Source of the DNA: Escherichia coli 042
Lineage (GTDB): Bacteria; Pseudomonadota; Gammaproteobacteria; Enterobacterales; Enterobacteriaceae
DNA length: 64,000 nt
Reading direction: 5' to 3' (one strand)
Assembly (NCBI RefSeq): GCF_000027125.1
Contig: NC_017626.1
The position numbers and the translations under genes were made by a program. Shown here one piece after another: positions 10,593-20,669 of the stretch; the stretch's first letter is position 1; each line of letters starts with the position of its first letter. Under the pieces are notes generated by a model. The model ran no database searches and was not told the origin of the DNA. It saw only the letters and a list, made by a program, of their open reading frames with translations.

Positions 10593-11681
10593 ATGGCTTC
10601 GCATGATTTGAGTGTTTTTTTGGAAGAGTTCGGGGCAACGGTGAATTTGACGTTGCCTGGTATCGTGTCCGAAAAAGAACGGCTTTTACTCAAGCTGCTA
10701 ATGGAGGGAATGTCGGTTACAGAAATCTCACAGTACAGAAATCGCAGTGCAAAGACAATTTCACATCAAAAGAAGCAGCTGTATGAAAAACTAGGCATCC
10801 AGAGTGATATTACCTTCTGGCGGGATATCTTTTTTCAATATCATCCGCAAGTCATCAGTGGCACGGGAAATAAAAATAATTTTTATATTCCTGATAACCG
10901 TTGTCACCATATCGTCACGCCTGAAGCCATCAGTCTGGCGTTGGAAAACCATGAATTTAAACCGTGGATCCAACCGGTTTTCTGCGCGCAGACTGGGGTA
11001 CTGACGGGCTGTGAGGTGCTTGTCCGCTGGGAACATCCACAAACGGGAATTATCCCACCGGATCAGTTTATTCCTCTGGCGGAGTCATCTGGTCTTATCG
11101 TCATAATGACTCGCCAGTTGATGAAACAGACTGCGGATATTCTGATGCCGGTAAAACATTTGCTGCCGGACAATTTCCATATTGGCATCAACGTCTCGGC
11201 GGGTTGTTTTTTGGCTGCGGGATTTGAAAAAGAGTGTCTGAACCTGGTTAAGAAATTAGGTAACGATAAAATCAAACTGGTTCTCGAGCTAACGGAACGT
11301 AACCCTATTCCGGTAACGCCAGAAGCCAGAGCGATATTTGACAGCCTTCATCAGCACAACATTACCTTTGCGCTGGATGATTTTGGTACGGGTTATGCGA
11401 CCTATCGTTATTTGCAGGCGTTTCCGGTCGATTTTATTAAGATCGATAAGTCGTTTGTGCAAATGGCGAGTGTCGACGAAATTTCCGGTCATATTGTGGA
11501 CAATATTGTCGAACTGGCGCGTAAGCCTGGTCTGAGTATCGTGGCGGAAGGGGTAGAAACCCAGGAGCAGGCGGATTTAATGATCGGCAAAGGCGTTCAC
11601 TTTTTACAGGGCTATTTGTACTCCCCGCCAGTTCCGGGTAATAAATTTATCTCTGAATGGGTAATGAAAGCAGGTGGTTGA
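10593..11681 (+). CDS. pdeL: c-di-GMP phosphodiesterase with LuxR-type HTH and EAL domain
   Basis: ORF 10584..11681; first ATG at 10593 gives 362 aa; LuxR-type HTH followed by an EAL domain. Confidence 0.88.
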   Translation: MASHDLSVFLEEFGATVNLTLPGIVSEKERLLLKLLMEGMSVTEISQYRNRSAKTISHQKKQLYEKLGIQSDITFWRDIFFQYHPQVISGTGNKNNFYIPDNRCHHIVTPEAISLALENHEFKPWIQPVFCAQTGVLTGCEVLVRWEHPQTGIIPPDQFIPLAESSGLIVIMTRQLMKQTADILMPVKHLLPDNFHIGINVSAGCFLAAGFEKECLNLVKKLGNDKIKLVLELTERNPIPVTPEARAIFDSLHQHNITFALDDFGTGYATYRYLQAFPVDFIKIDKSFVQMASVDEISGHIVDNIVELARKPGLSIVAEGVETQEQADLMIGKGVHFLQGYLYSPPVPGNKFISEWVMKAGG

Positions 11682-11722
11682 TGTAAACCGCTATTCACAG
11701 CGCATCGGGAGGTTGGCAGCGA

Positions 11723-12655
11723 TTAATTCTCCCGATGCAGTAAATCCTGATAGATCCCCGTTAATATGCCATTTGGCGCAAATTGTTTTTTAATCCACTG
11801 CGTCACCTGACCCGTAGCAGAATGCTGAGTCGCCAGTAACATGCGCGAATCCTGGCGCGGATTATGGATTTGTCGGGTAACCAGCAGGGATTGCGTCATC
11901 GCCTCACGGACCATGTAATCCGGCAAAAACCCAATTCCTTCACCTAAAATCTGGCACTGACATTTGGTGTTGAAATCTGGCACCAGAATCGACTCCTGCC
12001 CATGCAGCAACCAGCCCACTTTTTTATTAATCGTATGCGCGGTGTCCTCCACCATGATATTAGGATAGAGACGCAGTTGGCTTTCGGCGATCGGCTCCGG
12101 CACAAAGGCTAATGGGTGATCCGGGGCGATAGCAAAAGCCCAGCGAATTGCGCCAATCTCCGTGTAATCAATGCCGCCGCCGTCCAGCAGTGTGTCGGGC
12201 GCGCCGATAGCAATATTCGCCTGATTATTAATAATCGCATCCCAGACGCCGTTATACACTTCGGTCGTCACGGTAATCTGGCAGGTTGGAAACTGCTTTT
12301 TCAGTACCTGTAATAAGCGTGCGGTGTGTTTGGGCGTATAAAGCAGTTGGTTAATACAAATGCGCACCCGTGCTTCTATACCCTGCGAAATAGTATCGAT
12401 GCTGCGTTTGATGGCGTGAAAATCATTCAGCAGGTCGGTAGCTTTGCGGAAAAAATAACGCCCGGACTCCGTTAACTCAATGCTTCGGGTACTGCGAGTG
12501 AACAGCACCACATCCAGCCCTGTTTCCATTCGCTTGATGGTGTAGCTAATGGCGGAAGTGGTTAAACCCAACTCTTCTGCGGCTTTACTGAAACTGCCAA
12601 AACGCGCAGCGGTAGTAAATGCCAACAGATTCTCTTCGGTAAAAATTGAGTTCAT
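11723..12655 (-). CDS. yahB: LysR-family transcriptional regulator
   Basis: 310-aa ORF; N-terminal HTH (FSKAAEELGLTTSAISYTIKRME) and LysR substrate-binding domain. Confidence 0.88.
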   Translation of the reverse strand: MNSIFTEENLLAFTTAARFGSFSKAAEELGLTTSAISYTIKRMETGLDVVLFTRSTRSIELTESGRYFFRKATDLLNDFHAIKRSIDTISQGIEARVRICINQLLYTPKHTARLLQVLKKQFPTCQITVTTEVYNGVWDAIINNQANIAIGAPDTLLDGGGIDYTEIGAIRWAFAIAPDHPLAFVPEPIAESQLRLYPNIMVEDTAHTINKKVGWLLHGQESILVPDFNTKCQCQILGEGIGFLPDYMVREAMTQSLLVTRQIHNPRQDSRMLLATQHSATGQVTQWIKKQFAPNGILTGIYQDLLHREN

Positions 12656-12746
12656 TAAACCATTCCCGCCATTATCGAATATGAATTTCTCCAGCCATGA
12701 CTGTAGAGGTATCGGTTAAAGATAGATAATCATTTTTGAATAACTT

Positions 12747-13244
12747 TTAATACCCGTCGCGTTTAGTCGTCGCTTCGCTTAATTTTTGTCCGCCATATTC
12801 TGAAATTATCCCCACGCAGTTACCCGCCAGAAAACCCAGTAATGTCACTGTCCAGTTCATCCCGCTGGCAAAAAATAGCGTCATGCCGAGAAAGCCTCCG
12901 GGAATAAAAGACAATAAACCGAAACGTCCTTGCCAGACCACCACCGCCGAGAAGGGTACAGTCATAATCACGCTCGCCCAGAACGTGGACAATCCACTCA
13001 CCGAGGCCAGCCAGCCGGCAGCCAGCGCGGCGAAAAACGCCCACACCATCCCGGAATAATTAACCGCCAGACTTCTGATAAACCCCGATTTACCGCCGCC
13101 TGCGGCATAAAAACTGCAAAAGGCGACGAAGCCAATGGTTCCTAATAATTCCCATCCCTGAGAGAGCCCGACATGTGAAGACACTAACTGCCAAAGCCCT
13201 GCACAAATACCGACGGTGACACCCGTTGCCGTGAGTCCGTTCAT
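12747..13244 (-). CDS. yahC: small hydrophobic inner-membrane protein
   Basis: 165-aa ORF, strongly hydrophobic (multiple predicted TM helices). Confidence 0.8.
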   Translation of the reverse strand: MNGLTATGVTVGICAGLWQLVSSHVGLSQGWELLGTIGFVAFCSFYAAGGGKSGFIRSLAVNYSGMVWAFFAALAAGWLASVSGLSTFWASVIMTVPFSAVVVWQGRFGLLSFIPGGFLGMTLFFASGMNWTVTLLGFLAGNCVGIISEYGGQKLSEATTKRDGY

Positions 13245-13501
13245 CTTGTTCCCCTCTGGTTAGACATGGACGAAAGCTACTCTTACATGTGCAGACTATA
13301 GAGAAATAAAACCTGATTGAGTGAAAGGGTATCGGGTCAAAGAAACAAATATTGCACTACCGCACACTGCGAAAAGATTGTTGAACATCATTCAACAAAA
13401 AGGCGAAATACGGCGAATTAAATTTAAGCGGGTTCTTTTATCAGATTATCGTTGCTATTCTCAATTCATCGAAAACAGCCACAAAAACCAGGGGAATGTG
13501 A

Positions 13502-14107
13502 ATGACTATAAAAAATCTACCTGCCGACTATTTATTGGCTGCGCAACAGGGTGATATCGATAAAGTAAAAACCTGCCTTGCGCTGGGTGTCGATATTAAT
13601 ACCTGCGATCGTCAGGGGAAAACGGCAATTACGCTGGCAAGTTTATATCAGCAATATGCTTGCGTTCAGGCATTAATTGATGCCGGAGCGGATATTAATA
13701 AGCAAGATCAAATATGTTCAAATCCTTTTTTAATTAGCTGCCTGACCGGCGATTTAACCCTGTTACGGATTATTTTATCGGCTAAACCCGATCTTAATTG
13801 CGTCACCCGTTTTGGCGGTGTCGGCCTGACGCCTGCCTGTGAAAAAGGCCATTTAAGTATTGTAAAAGAGCTTTTGGCGCATACGGAGATTAACGTTAAC
13901 CAGACCAACCATGTTGGCTGGACGCCGCTACTGGAAGCAATTGTGCTTAATGATGGCGGGATTAAACAGCAGGCGATTGTCCAGTTATTGCTGGAACACG
14001 GTGCCAGCCCGCACATGACGGATAAATATGGCAAAACGCCGCTGGAACTGGCGCGGGAACGAGGCTTTGAAGAGATTGCGCAGTTACTGATTGCCGCAGG
14101 TGCATAA
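13502..14107 (+). CDS. yahD: ankyrin-repeat protein
   Basis: 201-aa ORF with repeated ankyrin-like motifs (GKTAITLAS..., GLTPACEKGHLSIVKELL, GWTPLLEAI, GKTPLELARERGFEEIAQLL). Confidence 0.85.
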   Translation: MTIKNLPADYLLAAQQGDIDKVKTCLALGVDINTCDRQGKTAITLASLYQQYACVQALIDAGADINKQDQICSNPFLISCLTGDLTLLRIILSAKPDLNCVTRFGGVGLTPACEKGHLSIVKELLAHTEINVNQTNHVGWTPLLEAIVLNDGGIKQQAIVQLLLEHGASPHMTDKYGKTPLELARERGFEEIAQLLIAAGA

Positions 14108-14146
14108 ACCGGGAGGCTTGCTATCAACACACCAGAAAGACGGTGT

Positions 14147-15010
14147 GTGTGGGCGCTAACTGCGGATGCTGATTTTCTGGCGCAGCGGGGGCAAGGACAG
14201 GTTGAACAGGTCTTTGCCAGAGCGGTAAATATCGCACTTCCGGCCCGCCAGCAGTTGCTGACGCTGCTTTGTGAAGAGTACGACAATGCGCCAAACAGTT
14301 GTCGGTTGGCACTCACTCACTTTGATGATCTGTTCCGGCATGGTGATAAGGTTCAGTTTGACGATCAAGGCATTACGGTTGGTCAACATCTTCATATAGA
14401 GATGAGTCGTTGTCGGCGTTGGCTGTCCCCAACCTTGCAAATGACCGCTGTGAATTTTCACCTTATCGCCTGGCAACAGTGGCATGACATTATTCATCAG
14501 CACCTGGGGGAAAATGAAACCCTGTTTAATTATCGCGGCGATAATCCGTTTTATCAGGCGTTAAATAAAGAATTACATATTAAACGACAGGCAGTTATTC
14601 AGGCAGTAAACGATAAACAAAATATCGCCTCAGCGGTCGTCAGTATGATGGGCTTAGGGATTGGCCTTACGCCATCAGCCGACGATTATTTAACAGGTCT
14701 GGCGCTTATTTTATTTATTTCCGGACATCCGTCGGAAAAATACAAAGAGGAATTTTATCTCGGTCTGCAACGCGGCAGAAATAATACCACGTTATTAAGT
14801 GCCATAACGCTGGAAGCCGCATTACAACAACGCTGCCGGGAAAATATTCATCGTTTTATTCATAACATTATTTATGACATCCCTGGGAACGCAACTCAGG
14901 CAATAGAAAAAATTAAACATATTGGCTCCAGTTCCGGCTGCGACATGCTGTATGGCATGGCCGATGGTTGTGCGCTGAGCCAAACCTACGGAGGGAATTA
15001 TGTCAGTTAA
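14147..15010 (+). CDS. yahE: DUF2877-family protein (YlbF-like)
   Basis: 287-aa ORF with GTG start; overlaps yahF start by 11 bp. Confidence 0.8.
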   Translation: MWALTADADFLAQRGQGQVEQVFARAVNIALPARQQLLTLLCEEYDNAPNSCRLALTHFDDLFRHGDKVQFDDQGITVGQHLHIEMSRCRRWLSPTLQMTAVNFHLIAWQQWHDIIHQHLGENETLFNYRGDNPFYQALNKELHIKRQAVIQAVNDKQNIASAVVSMMGLGIGLTPSADDYLTGLALILFISGHPSEKYKEEFYLGLQRGRNNTTLLSAITLEAALQQRCRENIHRFIHNIIYDIPGNATQAIEKIKHIGSSSGCDMLYGMADGCALSQTYGGNYVS

Positions 15011-16547
15011 AATAGTCATTAAACCGAATACCTATTTTGATTCTGTCTCGCTGATGTCTATCTCCACGCGTGCAAATAAACTCGACGGCGTCGAGCAGGC
15101 ATTTGTGGCGATGGCGACCGAAATGAACAAAGGCGTACTGAAGAATTTAGGGCTGCTGACGCCGGAGCTGGAGCAGGCGAAAAACGGCGACCTGATGATT
15201 GTCATTAACGGCAAAGCGGGCGCAGACAACGAGCAGTTGCTGGTGGAGATTGAAGAACTGTTCAACACCAAAGCGCAAAGCGGCTCGCACGAGGCGCGTT
15301 ACGCCACTATTGCCAGCGCCAAAAAGCATATCCCGGAAAGTAACCTGGCGGTGATTTCGGTCAACGGTCTGTTTGCTGCTCGCGAAGCGCGTCAGGCACT
15401 GCAAAACGATCTTAACGTGATGCTGTTTTCCGATAACGTCTCAGTTGAAGATGAACTGGCGCTCAAACAACTGGCCCACGAAAAAGGGCTGCTGATGATG
15501 GGGCCAGACTGCGGCACGGCGATTATCAACGGCGCGGCGCTCTGCTTTGGTAACGCCGTGCGTCGCGGCAACATCGGTATTGTTGGCGCATCTGGCACCG
15601 GCAGCCAGGAGCTGAGCGTCCGTATCCATGAATTTGGCGGCGGCGTTTCGCAACTGATTGGCACCGGCGGGCGCGACCTGAGCGAGAAAATCGGCGGCCT
15701 GATGATGCTCGACGCCATCGGGATGCTGGAAAACGATCCGCAAACTGAAATCATTGTGCTTATCTCCAAACCGCCTGCGCCTGCGGTGGCCCGCAAAGTG
15801 CTGGAACGCGCACGTGCCTGCCGCAAGCCGGTGGTGGTCTGCTTCCTCGGTCGTGGCGAAACGCCAGTGGATGAGCAGGGGCTACAGTTTGCCCGCGGCA
15901 GTAAAGAGGCGGCATTGAAAGCGGTGATGCTCTCCGGCGTGAAACAGGAACATCTCGAGCTGCATACGCTGAACCAGTCGTTGATTGCTGACGTGCGCGC
16001 TCGCCTGCAACCGCAGCAGAAATACATTCGTGGCCTGTTCTGCGGCGGTACGCTGTGTGACGAAACCATGTTCGCGGTGATGGAAAAACATGGCGATGTC
16101 TACAGCAATATTCAGCCCGATCCTGAATTCCGCCTGCAAGATATCAACCGCAGCATCAAACACACCTTCCTCGACTTTGGCGATGACGACTTCACCAACG
16201 GCAAGCCGCATCCAATGATTGACCCGACCAACCGTATCAGCCGCTTGATCGAAGAGGCGCGCGATCCAGAAGTGGCGGTGATCGTGATGGATTTTGTGCT
16301 CGGATTTGGATCGCATGAAGATCCGGTCGGTTCCACCATCGAGGCGATCAAAGAGGCGAAAGCGATCGCCGCTGCCGAAGGACGTGAGTTGATCATTCTC
16401 GCCTATGTGCTGGGTACCGATCTTGATACGCCATCATTAGAACAACAAAGCCAGATGCTGCTTGATGCCGGAGTGATTCTGGCAAGCAGCAGCACCAATA
16501 CCGGATTGCTGGCGCGTGAATTTATCTGCAAAGGGGAGGAAGCCTGA
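15000..16547 (+). CDS. yahF: FdrA-like protein with CoA-binding / succinyl-CoA-synthetase-like fold
   Basis: 515-aa ORF, GGAGGG RBS, Gly-rich nucleotide-binding motifs (GIVGASGTGSQE). Confidence 0.85.
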   Translation: MSVKIVIKPNTYFDSVSLMSISTRANKLDGVEQAFVAMATEMNKGVLKNLGLLTPELEQAKNGDLMIVINGKAGADNEQLLVEIEELFNTKAQSGSHEARYATIASAKKHIPESNLAVISVNGLFAAREARQALQNDLNVMLFSDNVSVEDELALKQLAHEKGLLMMGPDCGTAIINGAALCFGNAVRRGNIGIVGASGTGSQELSVRIHEFGGGVSQLIGTGGRDLSEKIGGLMMLDAIGMLENDPQTEIIVLISKPPAPAVARKVLERARACRKPVVVCFLGRGETPVDEQGLQFARGSKEAALKAVMLSGVKQEHLELHTLNQSLIADVRARLQPQQKYIRGLFCGGTLCDETMFAVMEKHGDVYSNIQPDPEFRLQDINRSIKHTFLDFGDDDFTNGKPHPMIDPTNRISRLIEEARDPEVAVIVMDFVLGFGSHEDPVGSTIEAIKEAKAIAAAEGRELIILAYVLGTDLDTPSLEQQSQMLLDAGVILASSSTNTGLLAREFICKGEEA

Positions 16548-17965
16548 TGAGCCAGTCACTGTTTAGCCAACCGTTGAACGTTATTAACGTCGGCATCGCC
16601 ATGTTTAGCGATGATCTGAAAAAGCAGCATGTAGAAGTGACCCAACTCGACTGGACGCCGCCGGGGCAGGGCAATATGCAGGTGGTGCAGGCGCTGGACA
16701 ACATTGCCGATTCCCCGCTGGCGGACAAAATCGCCTCCGCGAATCAGCAGGCGCTGGAGCGCATTATTCAGTCACATCCGGTGCTGATTGGTTTTGATCA
16801 GGCGATTAACGTGGTGCCGGGCATGACGCCGAAAACCATTCTTCACGCCGGGCCGCCGATCACCTGGGAAAAAATGTGCGGTGCGATGAAAGGCGCGGTC
16901 ACCGGGGCGCTGGTGTTCGAAGGGCTGGCGAAAGATCTCGACGAGGCGGCTGAACTGGCGGCCTCCGGGGAGATCTCCTTCTCGCCGTGCCACGAACATG
17001 ACTGCGTGGGATCGATGGCTGGTGTTACCTCGGCCTCGATGTTTATGCACATCGTAAAAAACAAAACCTACGGCAACATCGCTTACACCAATATGAGCGA
17101 GCAGATGGCGAAGATTTTGCGTATGGGCGCTAACGACCAGAGCGTGATTGACCGCCTCAACTGGATGCGCGATGTGCAGGGGCCCATGCTGCGCGACGCG
17201 ATGAAAATTATCGGCGAGATCGATCTGCGCTTGATGCTGGCGCAGGCGCTGCATATGGGCGATGAATGCCATAACCGCAATAACGCCGGGACTACGCTGC
17301 TGATTCAGGCGCTGACGCCGGGGATTATTCAGGCGGGCTATTCCGTCGAGCAACAGCGCGAAGTGTTTGAGTTTGTCGCCAGCAGCGACTACTTCTCCGG
17401 CCCGACGTGGATGGCGATGTGTAAAGCGGCGATGGATGCGGCGCACGGCATCGAATACAGCACCGTGGTGACCACGATGGCGCGTAACGGCGTCGAGTTC
17501 GGCCTGCGGGTCAGCGGATTACCGGGGCAGTGGTTTACCGGTCCGGCGCAGCAGGTGATCGGCCCGATGTTTGCCGGTTATAAGCCGGAAGATTCTGGAT
17601 TGGATATTGGCGACAGTGCCATCACCGAAACCTACGGTATTGGCGGATTTGCTATGGCGACCGCGCCTGCAATCGTCGCGCTGGTGGGCGGTACGGTGGA
17701 AGAGGCTATCGATTTCTCCCGTCAGATGCGCGAAATCACTCTCGGCGAAAACCCCAACGTCACCATTCCGCTGCTCGGTTTTATGGGCGTGCCGTCGGCA
17801 ATCGACATCACCCGCGTGGGCAGTAGCGGCATTCTGCCAGTGATCAACACCGCCATCGCTCATAAAGATGCGGGCATCGGCATGATTGGCGCGGGCATTG
17901 TGCATCCACCATTCGCCTGCTTCGAAAAAGCCATTCTTGGCTGGTGCGAACGTTACGGCGTCTGA
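16547..17965 (+). CDS. yahG: DUF1116-family protein (YlbE-like)
   Basis: 472-aa ORF; start overlaps yahF stop (TGATGA). Confidence 0.82.
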   Translation: MSQSLFSQPLNVINVGIAMFSDDLKKQHVEVTQLDWTPPGQGNMQVVQALDNIADSPLADKIASANQQALERIIQSHPVLIGFDQAINVVPGMTPKTILHAGPPITWEKMCGAMKGAVTGALVFEGLAKDLDEAAELAASGEISFSPCHEHDCVGSMAGVTSASMFMHIVKNKTYGNIAYTNMSEQMAKILRMGANDQSVIDRLNWMRDVQGPMLRDAMKIIGEIDLRLMLAQALHMGDECHNRNNAGTTLLIQALTPGIIQAGYSVEQQREVFEFVASSDYFSGPTWMAMCKAAMDAAHGIEYSTVVTTMARNGVEFGLRVSGLPGQWFTGPAQQVIGPMFAGYKPEDSGLDIGDSAITETYGIGGFAMATAPAIVALVGGTVEEAIDFSRQMREITLGENPNVTIPLLGFMGVPSAIDITRVGSSGILPVINTAIAHKDAGIGMIGAGIVHPPFACFEKAILGWCERYGV

Positions 17966-17988
17966 CCTGCAAAGTGCGCGTTGTCTCT

Positions 17989-18161
17989 GCCGGATGCGGC
18001 GTGAACGCCTTATCCGGCCTACGAGTGGCGCGAGAATCTGTAGGCCTGATAAGCGTAGCGCATCAGGCATTTGTCACCATTGCCGGATGCGGCGTGAACG
18101 CCTTATCCGGCCTACGAATGGCACGAGAATTCTAGGCCTGATAAGCGTAGCGCATCAGGCA
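17989..18161. repeat. BIME: four alternating REP palindromes
   Basis: gccggatgcggcgtgaacgccttatccggcctacg and gtaggcctgataagcgtagcgcatcaggca units, each present twice. Confidence 0.9.
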
Positions 18162-18210
18162 GTCTGGCGTTGGTCATAACCCCATCACCCTCTGTAGCGG
18201 ACATAACAAC

Positions 18211-19161
18211 ATGAAAGAACTTGTGGTCGTTGCCATTGGTGGCAACAGCATTATCAAAGATAACGCCAGCCAGTCGATTGAGCATCAGGCGGAGGCGGTG
18301 AAAGCCGTGGCCGATACGGTGCTGGAAATGCTGGCTTCCGATTACGACATTGTGCTGACCCACGGCAACGGGCCGCAGGTCGGGCTGGATTTACGCCGTG
18401 CGGAGATTGCCCACGAGCGTGAAGGGCTGCCCTTAATGCCGCTGGCGAACTGTGTGGCAGATACGCAAGGCGGCATTGGCTACTTGATCCAGCAGGCGCT
18501 GAACAACCGACTGGCGCGTCACAGCGAGAAAAAAGCCGTCACCGTGGTGACTCAGGTGGAAGTGGATATAAACGATCCGGGTTTTGCTCATCCCACCAAG
18601 CCCATCGGCGCATTCTTCAGTGAAAGCCAGCGTGACGAATTACAAAAGGCAAACCCTGACTGGCGTTTTGTTGAAGATGCCGGACGGGGCTATCGCCGCG
18701 TGGTCGCCTCGCCGGAACCGAAACGTATTGTCGAGGCACCTGCCATTAAGGCGCTGATCCAACAAGGCTTTGTCGTAATTGGTGCGGGCGGCGGTGGAAT
18801 TCCGGTAGTGCGTACTGACGCGGGGGATTACCAAAGCGTGGACGCGGTTATCGACAAAGATCTCTCTACCGCGCTGCTGGCCCGTGAAATTCACGCCGAC
18901 ATTCTGGTGATCACCACCGGCGTCGAAAAAGTCTGTATTCACTTTGGCAAGCCGCAGCAGCAGGCGCTGGATCGGGTGGATATTGCCACCATGACCCGCT
19001 ATATGCAGGAAGGGCATTTCCCGCCTGGCAGCATGTTGCCAAAAATCATCGCCAGCCTGGCGTTCCTGGAACAGGGCGGCAAAGAAGTGATTATCACCAC
19101 GCCGGAATGCCTGCCTGCGGCGCTGCGTGGTGAAACGGGCACCCACATTATTAAAACGTAA
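18211..19161 (+). CDS. yahI: carbamate kinase-like protein
   Basis: 316-aa ORF, amino-acid kinase fold (MKELVVVAIGGNSI...). Confidence 0.85.
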   Translation: MKELVVVAIGGNSIIKDNASQSIEHQAEAVKAVADTVLEMLASDYDIVLTHGNGPQVGLDLRRAEIAHEREGLPLMPLANCVADTQGGIGYLIQQALNNRLARHSEKKAVTVVTQVEVDINDPGFAHPTKPIGAFFSESQRDELQKANPDWRFVEDAGRGYRRVVASPEPKRIVEAPAIKALIQQGFVVIGAGGGGIPVVRTDAGDYQSVDAVIDKDLSTALLAREIHADILVITTGVEKVCIHFGKPQQQALDRVDIATMTRYMQEGHFPPGSMLPKIIASLAFLEQGGKEVIITTPECLPAALRGETGTHIIKT

Positions 19162-19170
19162 GGACGTAAG

Positions 19171-20550
19171 ATGAAAGAAAACAATAGCCGCCGTGAATTT
19201 CTGAGCCAGAGCGGTAAGATGGTCACCGCCGCCGCGCTGTTTGGTACCTCTGTGCCGCTCGCCCATGCGGCAGTCTCTGGCACAACCCACTGCGACGCGA
19301 ATAACACCATGAAAATCACTGACCCGCACTACTATCTCGACAACGTGCTGCTGGAAACCGGTTTTGACTACGAAAATGGCGTGGCGGTACAGACCCGCAT
19401 GGCGCGCCAGACCGTGGAGATTCAGGACGGTAAAATTGTTGCCCTGCGCGAGAACAAGCAGCATCCGGACGCCACGCTGCCGCACTATGACGCTGGCGGT
19501 AAGCTGATGCTGCCCACCACCCGCGACATGCATATTCATCTCGACAAAACCTTCTACGGCGGGCCGTGGCGCTCGCTCAATCGTCCGGCAGGCACCACTA
19601 TCCAGGACATGATCAAACTCGAGCAGAAAATGCTGCCGGAACTGCAACCGTACACTCAGGAACGAGCGGAAAAACTGATCGATTTATTGCAGTCGAAAGG
19701 CACCACCATTGCCCGCAGCCACTGCAATATCGAACCGGTTTCCGGCCTGAAAAATCTGCAAAATTTGCAGGCGGTGCTGGCGCGACGTCAGGCGGGCTTC
19801 GAGTGTGAAATTGTCGCCTTCCCGCAGCACGGTTTGCTGCTGTCGAAATCGGAACCCTTAATGCGCGAAGCGATGCAGGCAGGGGCGCATTACGTCGGCG
19901 GGCTGGACCCAACCAGTGTTGATGGCGCGATGGAAAAATCCCTCGACACCATGTTCCAGATTGCGCTGGACTACGACAAAGGCGTCGATATTCACCTACA
20001 CGAAACCACTCCGGCAGGCGTGGCAGCCATCAATTATATGGTTGAAACGGTAGAGAAAACGCCACAGCTGAAGGGCAAGCTGACCATCAGCCACGCCTTT
20101 GCGCTGGCAACGCTCAATGAGCAACAGGTAGATGAACTGGCGCACCGGATGGCGGCGCAGCAAATTTCTATCGCCTCGACGGTGCCGATTGGCACGTTGC
20201 ATATGCCGCTCAAACAACTGCACGACAAAGGCGTAAAAGTTATGACCGGCACCGACAGCGTTATCGACCACTGGTCGCCTTACGGCCTGGGCGACATGCT
20301 GGAAAAAGCCAATCTGTACGCGCAGCTCTATATTCGTCCTAACGAACAGAACCTCTCCCGCTCGCTGTTTTTAGCCACTGGCGATGTATTGCCGCTCAAC
20401 GAAAAAGGCGAGCGCGTGTGGCCCAAAGCGCAGGATGACGCCAGTTTTGTGCTGGTGGACGCCTCCTGTTCCGCCGAGGCGGTGGCGCGTATCTCGCCGA
20501 GAACGGCAACGTTCCATAAAGGACAACTGGTGTGGGGGAGTGTGGTGTAA
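19171..20550 (+). CDS. yahJ: Tat-exported amidohydrolase / deaminase (CodA-like metal-dependent hydrolase)
   Basis: 459-aa ORF; N-terminal SRREFLSQ twin-arginine motif followed by a hydrophobic stretch; HIHLD metal-binding motif. Confidence 0.85.
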   Translation: MKENNSRREFLSQSGKMVTAAALFGTSVPLAHAAVSGTTHCDANNTMKITDPHYYLDNVLLETGFDYENGVAVQTRMARQTVEIQDGKIVALRENKQHPDATLPHYDAGGKLMLPTTRDMHIHLDKTFYGGPWRSLNRPAGTTIQDMIKLEQKMLPELQPYTQERAEKLIDLLQSKGTTIARSHCNIEPVSGLKNLQNLQAVLARRQAGFECEIVAFPQHGLLLSKSEPLMREAMQAGAHYVGGLDPTSVDGAMEKSLDTMFQIALDYDKGVDIHLHETTPAGVAAINYMVETVEKTPQLKGKLTISHAFALATLNEQQVDELAHRMAAQQISIASTVPIGTLHMPLKQLHDKGVKVMTGTDSVIDHWSPYGLGDMLEKANLYAQLYIRPNEQNLSRSLFLATGDVLPLNEKGERVWPKAQDDASFVLVDASCSAEAVARISPRTATFHKGQLVWGSVV

Positions 20551-20669
20551 CGTTATCAGCGAGGATATCCGGGCAGGCACTATTCCGATTTTAAAACCCG
20601 ATATCCTCTGCGTTTTGCCCATGACGTACACTGCGGATTATCTTTTTTATCCAGGGATGGATAGACGCC

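Noticed and set aside
17989-18161. yahH-like small ORF within the yahG-yahI spacer
   Set aside because: The spacer consists of REP palindromes. Any ORF there is a repeat translation rather than a protein gene.
16772-19647. Reverse-strand ORFs of 224, 183 and 335 aa overlapping yahG, yahI and yahJ
   Set aside because: Antisense to well-supported forward-strand genes. They are Arg/His-rich, as expected for GC-rich antisense frames.
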